A stretch of DNA of 42,587 nt from Candidatus Kaiserbacteria bacterium RIFCSPHIGHO2_01_FULL_46_22 (GTDB taxonomy: Bacteria; Patescibacteriota; Minisyncoccia; Phycocordibacterales; UBA918). The notes below the pieces were generated by a model. It made no database searches. It was not told the DNA's origin and saw only the letters and a program-made list of their open reading frames with translations. The stretch spans positions 5,618 through 48,204 of the forward strand of contig MFKO01000008.1 of the NCBI GenBank assembly GCA_001779595.1, in the 5' to 3' direction. Position 1 is the first letter of the stretch. Each line of letters opens with the position of its first letter. Positions 34,544 through 42,553 of this stretch are shown here, piece after piece. A program made the translations under genes and the position numbers.

Positions 34544-34894
34544 TTAAAACTTCAGACCGCCAGCACGTGCAGCATCGGCCAAGGCAGCAATAGCTCCCTG
34601 ATAAAGGAAACCGCCACGATCGAAAACAATAGTTTCGATACCTTGCTTCTTTGCTTCTGCGGCAATTTTCTCACCGAGAACTTTGGCACGTTCTAGCTGA
34701 ACACCCTTTTCCTTGCGGGTGTCTGCAGCAAAAAGAGTGCGGTTAGCGCCGTCATCGATCAACTGGGCATAGAGAGCGAGATTGCTCTTGAAGACAGCAA
34801 GACGAGGTTTTACGGCTGTACCGATAACACGAGCGCGGATGCGTCGATGGCGCATAGTGCGGCGTTCGGTTTTGATTTGAGTTTTAGTTTTCAT
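34544..34894 (-). CDS. rplR: 50S ribosomal protein L18
   Basis: RHRRIR, PRLAVFKSN, YAQLIDD, VFDRGGFLY, AARAGGLKF. Confidence 0.97.
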   Translation of the reverse strand: MKTKTQIKTERRTMRHRRIRARVIGTAVKPRLAVFKSNLALYAQLIDDGANRTLFAADTRKEKGVQLERAKVLGEKIAAEAKKQGIETIVFDRGGFLYQGAIAALADAARAGGLKF

Positions 34895-34912
34895 ACTCTA
34901 ATTATTACCGGC

Positions 34913-35440
34913 TTAAACCGCCTTCTTACCTTGCTTGCGAATAATGTACTCGCCACGATAACGAATACCTTTGCCTTTATAGGGCTCTGGCTTTTTCACC
35001 TTTCGGACATTCGCGGCAAATTGTCCGACCGATTCCTTGTCAGTGCCACTGATCGTAACAACGTTCTTCTCTACCAAGACTGTAAGACCTTCCGGTATAG
35101 CTAGCTCGACAGGGTGTGAAAAGCCCATCATAAGAGCAAGCTTGTTACCTTTAAGCTCGGCACGATAACCGACTCCTTCGATTTCAAGAATCTTCTTGAA
35201 ACCTTCAGTAACACCAGCGATCATATTGCGACAGTGTGCAGCATAAGTGCCCCACAAAGCAGGTGCTTCTCCGTTTTCTGGAGTAAGAACGATGCTTCCA
35301 TCTTCTATCTTGACCGATACGATCGGCTTAATTTCGCGCGATAGAACAGCGTTGCCTTTTTTCACGGTGAGTACACCATCTGTGAAGATGGCTTCTACGC
35401 CCGCAGGCAATTTAATTGGTTGTTTTGCTAGACGACTCAT
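34913..35440 (-). CDS. rplF: 50S ribosomal protein L6
   Basis: MSRLAKQPI, EGVGYRA, GFSHPV, PEPYKGKGIRY. Confidence 0.97.
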   Translation of the reverse strand: MSRLAKQPIKLPAGVEAIFTDGVLTVKKGNAVLSREIKPIVSVKIEDGSIVLTPENGEAPALWGTYAAHCRNMIAGVTEGFKKILEIEGVGYRAELKGNKLALMMGFSHPVELAIPEGLTVLVEKNVVTISGTDKESVGQFAANVRKVKKPEPYKGKGIRYRGEYIIRKQGKKAV

Positions 35441-35445
35441 AAGCC

Positions 35446-35832
35446 TTACCAAATCTTAAACAACTGCTCTCCACCGACCTTGCTCTCGCGCGCTTCGCGG
35501 TCGGTTAGGATGCCCTTCGGCGTCGATAGGATCAAATGACCCTTGCCGAATTTGACCGGATAAATTTCTTCGACCTTAGCGTACAGACGACGACCCGGCT
35601 TCGATACTCGAGCCACATCGTTGATAATATGCTTACCTCCTTCGTACTTAAGACCCACAATAAGGGTCTGCTTTACGCCCTTACCTTCTACTTCTACTGA
35701 AGTAACATAGCCAGCATCACGCAGCTTGTTAGCAACCGCCTCTTTTAGGCGAGAATGCGGTAAAGACACTGTTTGGTGTCCGACCGCTCCGGCGTTCTTA
35801 AGCCGGATGATGAAATCTCCTATCGTATCCAT
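35446..35832 (-). CDS. rpsH: 30S ribosomal protein S8
   Basis: DTIGDFIIRLKNA, RVSKPGRRLY, ILSTPKGILT, VGGEQL..IW. Confidence 0.97.
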   Translation of the reverse strand: MDTIGDFIIRLKNAGAVGHQTVSLPHSRLKEAVANKLRDAGYVTSVEVEGKGVKQTLIVGLKYEGGKHIINDVARVSKPGRRLYAKVEEIYPVKFGKGHLILSTPKGILTDREARESKVGGEQLFKIW

Positions 35833-35842
35833 AACTTAAGAA

Positions 35843-36028
35843 TTACCAGCTCGACTTTTTAACACCAGGAATGAAACCTTCGTGTGCATGTTCACGGAAA
35901 CAAATACGGCAGAGATCGAAATCTCGCATAAAGCCGTGTTTACGTCCGCACTGCGCACAACGGCGCACTACTCTACTCTTGTACTTTGGAGTACGCGTCG
36001 CGCGTACTTTAACTGATGTTCGAGCCAT
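35843..36028 (-). CDS. rpsN: 30S ribosomal protein S14 (zinc-binding type Z)
   Basis: RCAQCGR...[19 protein letters not shown]. Confidence 0.97.
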   Translation of the reverse strand: MARTSVKVRATRTPKYKSRVVRRCAQCGRKHGFMRDFDLCRICFREHAHEGFIPGVKKSSW

Positions 36029-36045
36029 TTATTGTAGCTAGAATT

Positions 36046-36138
36046 CGAGGCGGTATCAGCTAGATGCGCTGACCTACCTCGCTAATAAATCTTTATGAGA
36101 ACCACCCGTTGGGGCATCTATCGGTCCTTCACAACGGG
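36046..36138 (-). promoter_or_regulatory. Candidate S8-binding ribosomal leader RNA
   Basis: CGAGG-UA-GGUCAGC-GCAUCUA-GCUGAUACC-G-CCUCG mimics 16S h21; the upstream hairpin CCCGUUG/CAACGGG carries UAGAUGC, complementary to the second loop. Confidence 0.8.
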
Positions 36139-36170
36139 GCTTAGATTACCAGAATTTATCAGAAAGTAAA

Positions 36171-36215
36171 GCCCCCGACTCCTTGATGACTAGACGTCAT
36201 CAAGGAGTCGGGGGC
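36171..36215. terminator. 20-bp perfect hairpin (CCCCGACTC family)
   Basis: GCCCCCGACTCCTTGATGAC-TAGAC-GTCATCAAGGAGTCGGGGGC, followed by TTTACTTT on the - strand. Confidence 0.75.
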
Positions 36216-36239
36216 AGTATAATCATCAGGTCTTCCGAG

Positions 36240-36881
36240 TCATTCGGCTAACATAAATAACCGGCGTTTGTGGGTTGTCTTATCTCCCTGCCATCTGATC
36301 TTATCCCGTTCCCAAGAAAGGATACGCCACTGGTGAACTTCTTTTCTCCAGAAGACGCCCAGAGCGTTCTGGCTGGTGAAAAACAAGTTGGGGTGGCCGG
36401 TATTGAGCAAAATGCCAGACTTACCGTTTCGTTGCCGACTGATCAGTTTGATCAGCAAGGCGCATGCAGCAATTTCATCCAACATACGCAAAGGGCCCAA
36501 GGAACCTTCCATTTCCTCATCAGTAGCGCCCCCTGACCCTTCTGCTTGGTACAACGACATGGAATAGACGGAGCCAGCTTCGCACTTTTTTGTATCAGAC
36601 ACGATCTTCTTGACCTGGTCGTCGATCCATAGACCCTCAGGCTTGCCGAAGCGTGGATTAAAGAATTCTCGCGGCGATTGTGGATCAGATACTACAACGC
36701 GAATCCTGTGCAGAAACGCGAATGTGCTTTGTGTCATTTTGGTGTATTTGTCCAAGACGACGCTTACCTCATCGGCAATTACATCACCCTTTCTCTGAAG
36801 GGTATTCTCCGACAGACCTCGATCGCGCAGATATGAACCAAGAAGGTTTTGTAAAAGCATGTTCGATGCAGTCGTGTCCAT
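36240..36881 (-). CDS. Hypothetical protein (resembles an expanded Parcubacteria family)
   Basis: GAGGAG SD; LISRQRNGKSGILLNTGHPNLFF...VFW...W...W...RRLF resembles proteins I recall from Parcubacteria genomes (recollection, not a search). Confidence 0.7.
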   Translation of the reverse strand: MDTTASNMLLQNLLGSYLRDRGLSENTLQRKGDVIADEVSVVLDKYTKMTQSTFAFLHRIRVVVSDPQSPREFFNPRFGKPEGLWIDDQVKKIVSDTKKCEAGSVYSMSLYQAEGSGGATDEEMEGSLGPLRMLDEIAACALLIKLISRQRNGKSGILLNTGHPNLFFTSQNALGVFWRKEVHQWRILSWERDKIRWQGDKTTHKRRLFMLAE

Positions 36882-37003
36882 GGTTGTTCTCCTCTTACTA
36901 TTGTGAAAAGATCCGAGAAGAAAACGGTCCCGCCCGCTTTCTGTCTACTGTCTGGATTAGAACAAATTTTGAATAAAATTACAATTTTTAAGTTAGAGAA
37001 ATA

Positions 37004-37038
37004 CAAAAAAGCGCGGGCCTTCGGCTCGCGCTTTTTTG
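37004..37038. terminator. Terminator (GCGCGGGCC family)
   Basis: CAAAAAAGCGCGGGCC-TTC-GGCTCGCGCTTTTTTG. Confidence 0.75.
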
Positions 37039-37041
37039 CTT

Positions 37042-37208
37042 TAAACTTTCTAAATTGGAGGAAATTCGACGGACTGGAAGAATTTTGTAGACCAAACGAA
37101 GAAGTCCGGGGGACTTGCTTCGAATGTCCGTCTTAGGACATTTTTATGCCATACGGTGCGGGAGACAAAATTCCGAAGTCCTAGAATTTGGCCAATTTTG
37201 GGAGTTTA
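37042..37208 (+). repeat. Long multibranch hairpin element overlapping the SIMPL stop codon (related to 814-945)
   Basis: TAAACTTTC/GGGAGTTTA, AAATTGG/CCAATTT, GGACT/AGTCC, GAATTTTGT/ACAAAATTC; inner hairpins AAGTCC/GGACTT and AATGTCC/GGACATT. Confidence 0.7.
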
Positions 37209-38006
37209 CTGAATCTCGTAGGTAATGTTGACGATAGACCGGATAGTGTTTTCTCCCATTGGAAGATCCGGTGACGTAGCCTTTTCTTCACGAGCCATCA
37301 TTGCGTCGCCACCCATACCGTAGTCATAGTATGGAGTTGGGTAACTTTCTTCTTCGTAATAACCCATGGTGCGAACAATCTCGACACCAAGGTCATCCGC
37401 CAACTTCTCAGCCTTCTCCTTAGCATCAGCGATTGCCGCAGTGCGAGCTTCAGCCTTCAAGTTTGACTCGTCGTCGATAGTGAACTGAAGTTGACTCAAG
37501 TTAGTCGCGCCACGTTCACCAGCACCAGTGATGAGGTCACCAGCTTTATCTAGATCACGGACTTTTACTTCAATCGTCTGAGTCACTTCGTAGCCGTCTA
37601 TGACTGGGTCGCTAGGTGGACAATACATTCCAGACGCGCAAACCACTGTATCGTAACGATATTTCGGATTCAGATAATAATCACGATTCTTAATGTCTTT
37701 TTCTTCAACACCAGATTCTTTGAGGAAAGATAGAATGGCATTGATCTTTTCGGCTGAGTCATTTTGTGCAGTTGCAGCATCAGGACCTTCGGCAGTTACT
37801 GAAAAACTAAATGAACCAATGTCTGGTGTGGCATTCACTTCGCCTTCGCCACGTACATTGATAGAGGTCATTCCATACTGACCATACTTTGCTTCACGAA
37901 GTGTCAGTTTAGTGTAAGCGGAGAGTGACAAAACAACTCCAATCAGTGCAACGACTAAAAGTACACGCACGTACCAGAGTGATAAAAATGGTTGATTTGT
38001 ATCCAT
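37206..38006 (-). CDS. SIMPL (DUF541) domain protein
   Basis: TM, INVRGEGEVNATPD, GVEEKDIK, EARTAAIADAKEKAEKLA, GENTIRSIVNITYEI. Confidence 0.9.
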   Translation of the reverse strand: MDTNQPFLSLWYVRVLLVVALIGVVLSLSAYTKLTLREAKYGQYGMTSINVRGEGEVNATPDIGSFSFSVTAEGPDAATAQNDSAEKINAILSFLKESGVEEKDIKNRDYYLNPKYRYDTVVCASGMYCPPSDPVIDGYEVTQTIEVKVRDLDKAGDLITGAGERGATNLSQLQFTIDDESNLKAEARTAAIADAKEKAEKLADDLGVEIVRTMGYYEEESYPTPYYDYGMGGDAMMAREEKATSPDLPMGENTIRSIVNITYEIQ

Positions 38007-38021
38007 ATCTATAGTGATCTA

Positions 38022-38984
38022 TTAATTAATAAGAGTATTGTACAGCATCCTAGGTATAGCCAGCAATCTGCCTACAACACCTTGTTCGCACGCACTCGTA
38101 AAGCCTGCAAGATCCTCATCTGTCAAAGCTGGCGGGCTTGTCTGACCTCCCATCAGGTAATACATAATAGAGGAAGGGTTTTCAACATGACTGATGGCCA
38201 ACGAGTGACCTAGTTCATGTGCCAGCACCAACACCAAATCGCGGTGATCGGTAAAAGTGTAAACATTGATCTGGCGCGATCGGTAGTCTCCTTGGGTATA
38301 TTCTTCATCGTGTACAAAAGTATCGTTAAATTGACGTACCCGCTCGTTATATTCACCAATCAACTCATTTCCTTTCTCTCCTATTTCATTTATTCGCTCT
38401 GACAAATCGTTAAGTTTGTCACCGAGATCGTTTAGTTCAATTCGTTCTGTCTCAAGCTGAACCCGCTTCTTTTCCAAATCCTTGTATACATCAGGTGGAG
38501 CGCCACCTTCTTGGTTGTACCGTTCTACCTCAGCGTTATAGGCATCAAGACTATTTTCGTAGGCGACACGTCTTTCTTCGTAAGACACTTCATTGGAGTG
38601 GTATTCGGCTACTAACTGACGATGAAGCTCAACCAATACAGTATTGGCTTCCTCTCTAGTCTCCAGACTATCTCTGGCTCGCTCTGTCTCTTCAGCCTGC
38701 CGTTGCCGCTCGTCATAAATGAAGTTCACCTGGAGCTTGGCGTCTTCTTTGTATGTAAACAAATCGTCACGACCGAGTGATTCCTCCCAAACCGCTTCAG
38801 CTTCCGCAAGCGCCAGACGGGCTTCTGTCTCACTAATTCCAAAACGTTCATCAAACTGACCCACCGTATAGTAAACCGGTAATTTACATGCCAAACCGAA
38901 TGCACCAGCCCACCAGTTACCTGCAAAAAGAAACAGGATAACGATAAATGAAACGTAAATGATGCGCATCAAAAAATTATACAT
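38022..38984 (-). CDS. Matrixin (M10)-family zinc metalloprotease with coiled-coil insert
   Basis: HELGHSLAISH plus SIMY Met-turn; N-terminal TM; long coiled coil. Confidence 0.85.
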   Translation of the reverse strand: MYNFLMRIIYVSFIVILFLFAGNWWAGAFGLACKLPVYYTVGQFDERFGISETEARLALAEAEAVWEESLGRDDLFTYKEDAKLQVNFIYDERQRQAEETERARDSLETREEANTVLVELHRQLVAEYHSNEVSYEERRVAYENSLDAYNAEVERYNQEGGAPPDVYKDLEKKRVQLETERIELNDLGDKLNDLSERINEIGEKGNELIGEYNERVRQFNDTFVHDEEYTQGDYRSRQINVYTFTDHRDLVLVLAHELGHSLAISHVENPSSIMYYLMGGQTSPPALTDEDLAGFTSACEQGVVGRLLAIPRMLYNTLIN

Positions 38985-38991
38985 TAGTTAC

Positions 38992-39034
38992 ATAACGAAA
39001 CAGCCGGCCTCGAAGAGGCCGGCTGTTTCGTTAT
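38992..39034. terminator. 20-bp perfect hairpin
   Basis: ATAACGAAACAGCCGGCCTC-GAA-GAGGCCGGCTGTTTCGTTAT. Confidence 0.7.
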
Positions 39035-39043
39035 AAACAAAAT

Positions 39044-39430
39044 TTAGATTAATTGTTTCCCGGCATTACTAGGAGCCAAATCAAACACTCGTTCAGGTGT
39101 AAGCACCAGCACGCCGCGCAAAGTGCGGTCGGGATGTTTTCCTTTAAGCCAGATCACGTAACGGTCAAAATACTCTCCGTCTGTCTCATAAGAAATATGT
39201 CCTTTGATTTGCACCCCAACGAAACCTTTCCAAAAAGCGAGTGCTGCGCGATGATCCACTGACAAGTTGCTAGCAGTTCTCCCCATAAAACAGTCACAAA
39301 CAACGATCTTATCCTCATCGACAACCACCATAGACAACGGAACGACGTTTGGGCCATCTTCTCCTACAGTTGCGATCACGCGGCTATCAGCGTTTGCGAT
39401 CAATGTTAATACTTCAGCAGATAATTGCAT
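39044..39430 (-). CDS. Pyridoxamine 5'-phosphate oxidase-family (split-barrel flavin-binding) protein
   Basis: IATVGEDGPNVVP, FMGRTASNL, GVQIKG. Confidence 0.85.
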   Translation of the reverse strand: MQLSAEVLTLIANADSRVIATVGEDGPNVVPLSMVVVDEDKIVVCDCFMGRTASNLSVDHRAALAFWKGFVGVQIKGHISYETDGEYFDRYVIWLKGKHPDRTLRGVLVLTPERVFDLAPSNAGKQLI

Positions 39431-39442
39431 ATTGAGATGTTA

Positions 39443-39488
39443 ATATAGATAAACATCTATATATTAATACATCGACAGATATCTATGC
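39443..39488. promoter_or_regulatory. Putative ArsR/SmtB operator (two boxes) in a divergent promoter
   Basis: ATATAGAT-AAAC-ATCTATAT (39443-39462) and CATCGAC-AGAT-ATCTATG (39470-39487) overlapping the arsR ATG. Confidence 0.6.
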
Positions 39489-39805
39489 AACACGACACAG
39501 AGAAAACCCACAAGCGTCCAAAATGGGTCAAAAGCGGCGAAGAAGAACTTTGCCCAGAATGCTTCAAGGCAGTTGGTGATAAAAACCGCTACAAGCTGAT
39601 CTGCCTGCTCGGCAAAGCTAAAGGGGGGTTAAATGTATCAGCACTTACCAAACAGCTTAAACTTACCCAGCCGACTGTCACCCACCACCTCAACATATTG
39701 CGCGAAGTAAACGCTGTTGACCACGAGACACGCGGTCGCGAACATATCTATCGCCTCAACCGCAGTGCACACTGTTTTGAAGACTGCCAGATTCCTTATA
39801 ATTAA
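39485..39805 (+). CDS. ArsR/SmtB family transcriptional regulator (Cys-rich)
   Basis: FKAVGDKNRYKLI, LTQPTVTHHLNILRE, RGREHIYRL. Confidence 0.92.
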   Translation: MQHDTEKTHKRPKWVKSGEEELCPECFKAVGDKNRYKLICLLGKAKGGLNVSALTKQLKLTQPTVTHHLNILREVNAVDHETRGREHIYRLNRSAHCFEDCQIPYN

Positions 39806-39813
39806 GCCTATTT

Positions 39814-41043
39814 ATGCAAACCACCTTATCGCTTTTTTCCTACTTACTGACGCAAGGCTTCGGCTTTATCATTCTGGCAATTGCCCTCACTCTCCTCATT
39901 GTCTGGAGCATCAATGATCTCTACTCCAAAAAAACTCTACTGTTATTTGTATTGATTGTTCTGGGCTGGGTTTTTGTCAGCGTCTTACCACTTGGCAACA
40001 TCAGTCTGAAAGGCTACCCCTTCTCTCTTACAACTTACGGCCCCGGCGAAGGACCGATTCTGCCACTTAGTAATATGTTGTCCTTCTTTCGTCATGCCAA
40101 CCAGTTGCCGCGCGTAGAAGACATCGCTCGCGACCCTCGTGATGTGCCACCGCCGCTAAACCGCAACGAACCAGCGGTAGTTGATTTGAAATTAACCGCT
40201 CTGGAAGTGGTGGCAGAAATGGCACCGGGTGTGGTTTTCAATTACTGGACTTTTGATGGTCAAGTACCCGGACCAATGTTGCGGGTCCGTGTTGGTGACA
40301 CGGTCCGACTGACCCTCACTAACGATGCAACAAACCTGCATCATCACAACATCGACCTTCATGCAGTGACCGGCCCAGGGGGTGGTGCGGTGGTAACAGA
40401 CGTCGATCCGGGTGAATCTAAAGTGCTTACTTTCAAAGCAATGAATCCTGGACTTTTTGTTTATCACTGCGCTTACCCGAATATGGCCAATCATATGGCA
40501 CACGGAATGTATGGACTCATACTGGTTGAACCAGAGGAAGGACTACCTCCTGTAGACAAGGAATTCTATGTTATGCAGGGAGAGTTCTACAGCAAAGGTG
40601 GTTTGGGCAAGCGTGGCCTTCAGGTTTTTGACGCTGTCGCGATGCTTGAAAGTCGCCCCACTTACGTGGTCTTCAACGGACGAGTTGGTGGCATCAATGA
40701 CAAAATAACTGCGGAAACAGGTGAAACAGTGCGAACGTTTGTCGGTAACGGCGGTGTAAACCTTATCTCTTCCTTCCATTTGGTAGGTGAGATATTTGAT
40801 CGTGTTTACGGAGAAGGAGCGGTTGGCAGTGAACCCCACCAAAACGTACAAACTACCCTGGTGCCAGCTGGTGGTTCCACCATTGTCGAATTTGGTCTTG
40901 ATATACCCGGACGGTATACATTCGTTGATCACGCCTTGAGCCGCGTAGATCGAGGTGCCTGGGGTACAATCAGCGTGAACGGAATGGCCAGCTCTACGAT
41001 CTTCGACGGTGACTTTAGCAATTCATCAAAACACGGACATTGA
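39814..41043 (+). CDS. nirK: Copper-containing nitrite reductase, membrane-anchored
   Basis: WTFDGQVPGP, HNIDLH, YHC...HMAHGM, SSFHLVGEIFD, FVDH: type-1 and type-2 Cu ligands plus catalytic Asp/His; two N-terminal TMs. Confidence 0.92.
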   Translation: MQTTLSLFSYLLTQGFGFIILAIALTLLIVWSINDLYSKKTLLLFVLIVLGWVFVSVLPLGNISLKGYPFSLTTYGPGEGPILPLSNMLSFFRHANQLPRVEDIARDPRDVPPPLNRNEPAVVDLKLTALEVVAEMAPGVVFNYWTFDGQVPGPMLRVRVGDTVRLTLTNDATNLHHHNIDLHAVTGPGGGAVVTDVDPGESKVLTFKAMNPGLFVYHCAYPNMANHMAHGMYGLILVEPEEGLPPVDKEFYVMQGEFYSKGGLGKRGLQVFDAVAMLESRPTYVVFNGRVGGINDKITAETGETVRTFVGNGGVNLISSFHLVGEIFDRVYGEGAVGSEPHQNVQTTLVPAGGSTIVEFGLDIPGRYTFVDHALSRVDRGAWGTISVNGMASSTIFDGDFSNSSKHGH

Positions 41044-41044
41044 T

Positions 41045-42007
41045 ATGAAAATTTTTGTAACCAGAGCAATTCCAGAAGTGGGCTTGGAAAAACTTCGGAC
41101 CACTGGCCATGAGGTAATTGTGACCGGCACGGAAGTACTGCCCCACGACACTTTAATCACACGCCTGCGGGCAGAGAACCCAGACGCTGTACTTTGCCTA
41201 CTGACTGACAAGATTGATCAGACCGTGTTTGCTGCAGCACCAAACGCCAAGATTTTCGCCAATTACGCAGTTGGTTTTGATAACATCGATTTAGAAGCCG
41301 CCAAGCAGCACGATGTAGTGATCACCAATACTCCCGAAGTACTAACTGAAGCAGTGGCCGAACACACAGTCGCTCTTATCGTTTCATCCGCCAGACGGAT
41401 AGTAGAGGCCGACCGTTTTTTGCGCGACGGTAAGTACGAAGCTTGGGATCCCCTACTCCTGCTTGGAATGGAGCTGAAGGAAAAAATACTTGGCGTTGTT
41501 GGTGGCGGCCGAATTGGTAAAAGAGTAGCCGAAATAATGCGCAACGGTTTCGGAATGAACATTGTTTATCATGATCGGCAAAAAAATGACGCGTTTGATA
41601 ACGAACTTGGTGCAAAGTATCTGCCAGAACTTGATGATTTATTATCACAATCCGACGTGGTCAGCATTCATTTGCCACTTACTGCGGACACCCGTCATCT
41701 ATTCAACTCTGATCGTCTAGCTAAAATGAAACCAGGTTCGCTTCTTATCAATACCGCCAGAGGAGCCATCGTTGACGAAGCGGCTCTAGTAGAAGCATTG
41801 CGGTCAGGCCATATCGTCGGTGCCGCCCTCGATGTGTTCGAGAATGAACCATCTGTACATCCCGAACTTTTAGCCTTGAACAATGTAGTTTTAACGCCGC
41901 ATATTGCTTCCGCCACCCGTGAAGCGCGCGATCAAATGAGCGTTGTGGCGGCTAATAACATTATTGCAGTACTAAACGGACAGCCGCCACAGAATCCCGT
42001 AGTGTGA
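41045..42007 (+). CDS. D-glycerate/glyoxylate reductase (2-hydroxyacid dehydrogenase)
   Basis: AVGFDNID, TNTPEVLTEAVAE, GGGRIG, INTARG, LDVFENEP, TPHIASA. Confidence 0.93.
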   Translation: MKIFVTRAIPEVGLEKLRTTGHEVIVTGTEVLPHDTLITRLRAENPDAVLCLLTDKIDQTVFAAAPNAKIFANYAVGFDNIDLEAAKQHDVVITNTPEVLTEAVAEHTVALIVSSARRIVEADRFLRDGKYEAWDPLLLLGMELKEKILGVVGGGRIGKRVAEIMRNGFGMNIVYHDRQKNDAFDNELGAKYLPELDDLLSQSDVVSIHLPLTADTRHLFNSDRLAKMKPGSLLINTARGAIVDEAALVEALRSGHIVGAALDVFENEPSVHPELLALNNVVLTPHIASATREARDQMSVVAANNIIAVLNGQPPQNPVV

Positions 42008-42019
42008 TACATTGTCGCT

Positions 42020-42553
42020 ATGAAGGAATTATCTCCAATTGAAAAACGAGCTCGGTCCCTTACTAATTGGGTTGGGTCGCCTATTTCCGTAGCTGTTCAT
42101 ACGGTCATATTCATAGCGGCTTTTCTACTTTCTGTCTTAGGTCTTGTGGAATTTGATCGAATGCTATTAGTGCTGACGACTATAGTGTCTTTGGAAGCGA
42201 TCTATCTCGCCATCTTCATCCAAATGAGTGTGAACTTCCAACGCGAAGCTCTTCAGGAAGTTGAGCAAGATTTGGAAGAGATTCATGAGGACGTTGGCGA
42301 GATTCAGGAGGACATTGAAGGCATCCAGGAAGACGTTGAAGAGATTGGAGAGGATATGGAGGAGTTGCAGGAAGACCTTGGCGAGATTCAGGAGGACGTC
42401 GAAGAAATCAGTGAAGACTTGGAAGAATTGGATGAGTCTGCCGAAGAGGAGGCGGCTGAAGAAAAACGTAAGAACGAACAGAAAGAACAGCTGCAGAACA
42501 TCTACGACACTATCCAACGTTTATCGGTAGATATAGAAAAATTGAAGAAGTAG
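42020..42553 (+). CDS. DUF1003 membrane protein with acidic coiled-coil tail
   Basis: WVGS..SVAVH, LLVLTTIVSLEAIYLAIFIQMSVN, then EIQEDxE heptads. Confidence 0.85.
   Translation: MKELSPIEKRARSLTNWVGSPISVAVHTVIFIAAFLLSVLGLVEFDRMLLVLTTIVSLEAIYLAIFIQMSVNFQREALQEVEQDLEEIHEDVGEIQEDIEGIQEDVEEIGEDMEELQEDLGEIQEDVEEISEDLEELDESAEEEAAEEKRKNEQKEQLQNIYDTIQRLSVDIEKLKK

Noticed and set aside
42240-42440. Tandem DNA repeats
   Set aside because: They are explained by acidic heptad coiled-coil coding in the DUF1003 protein.
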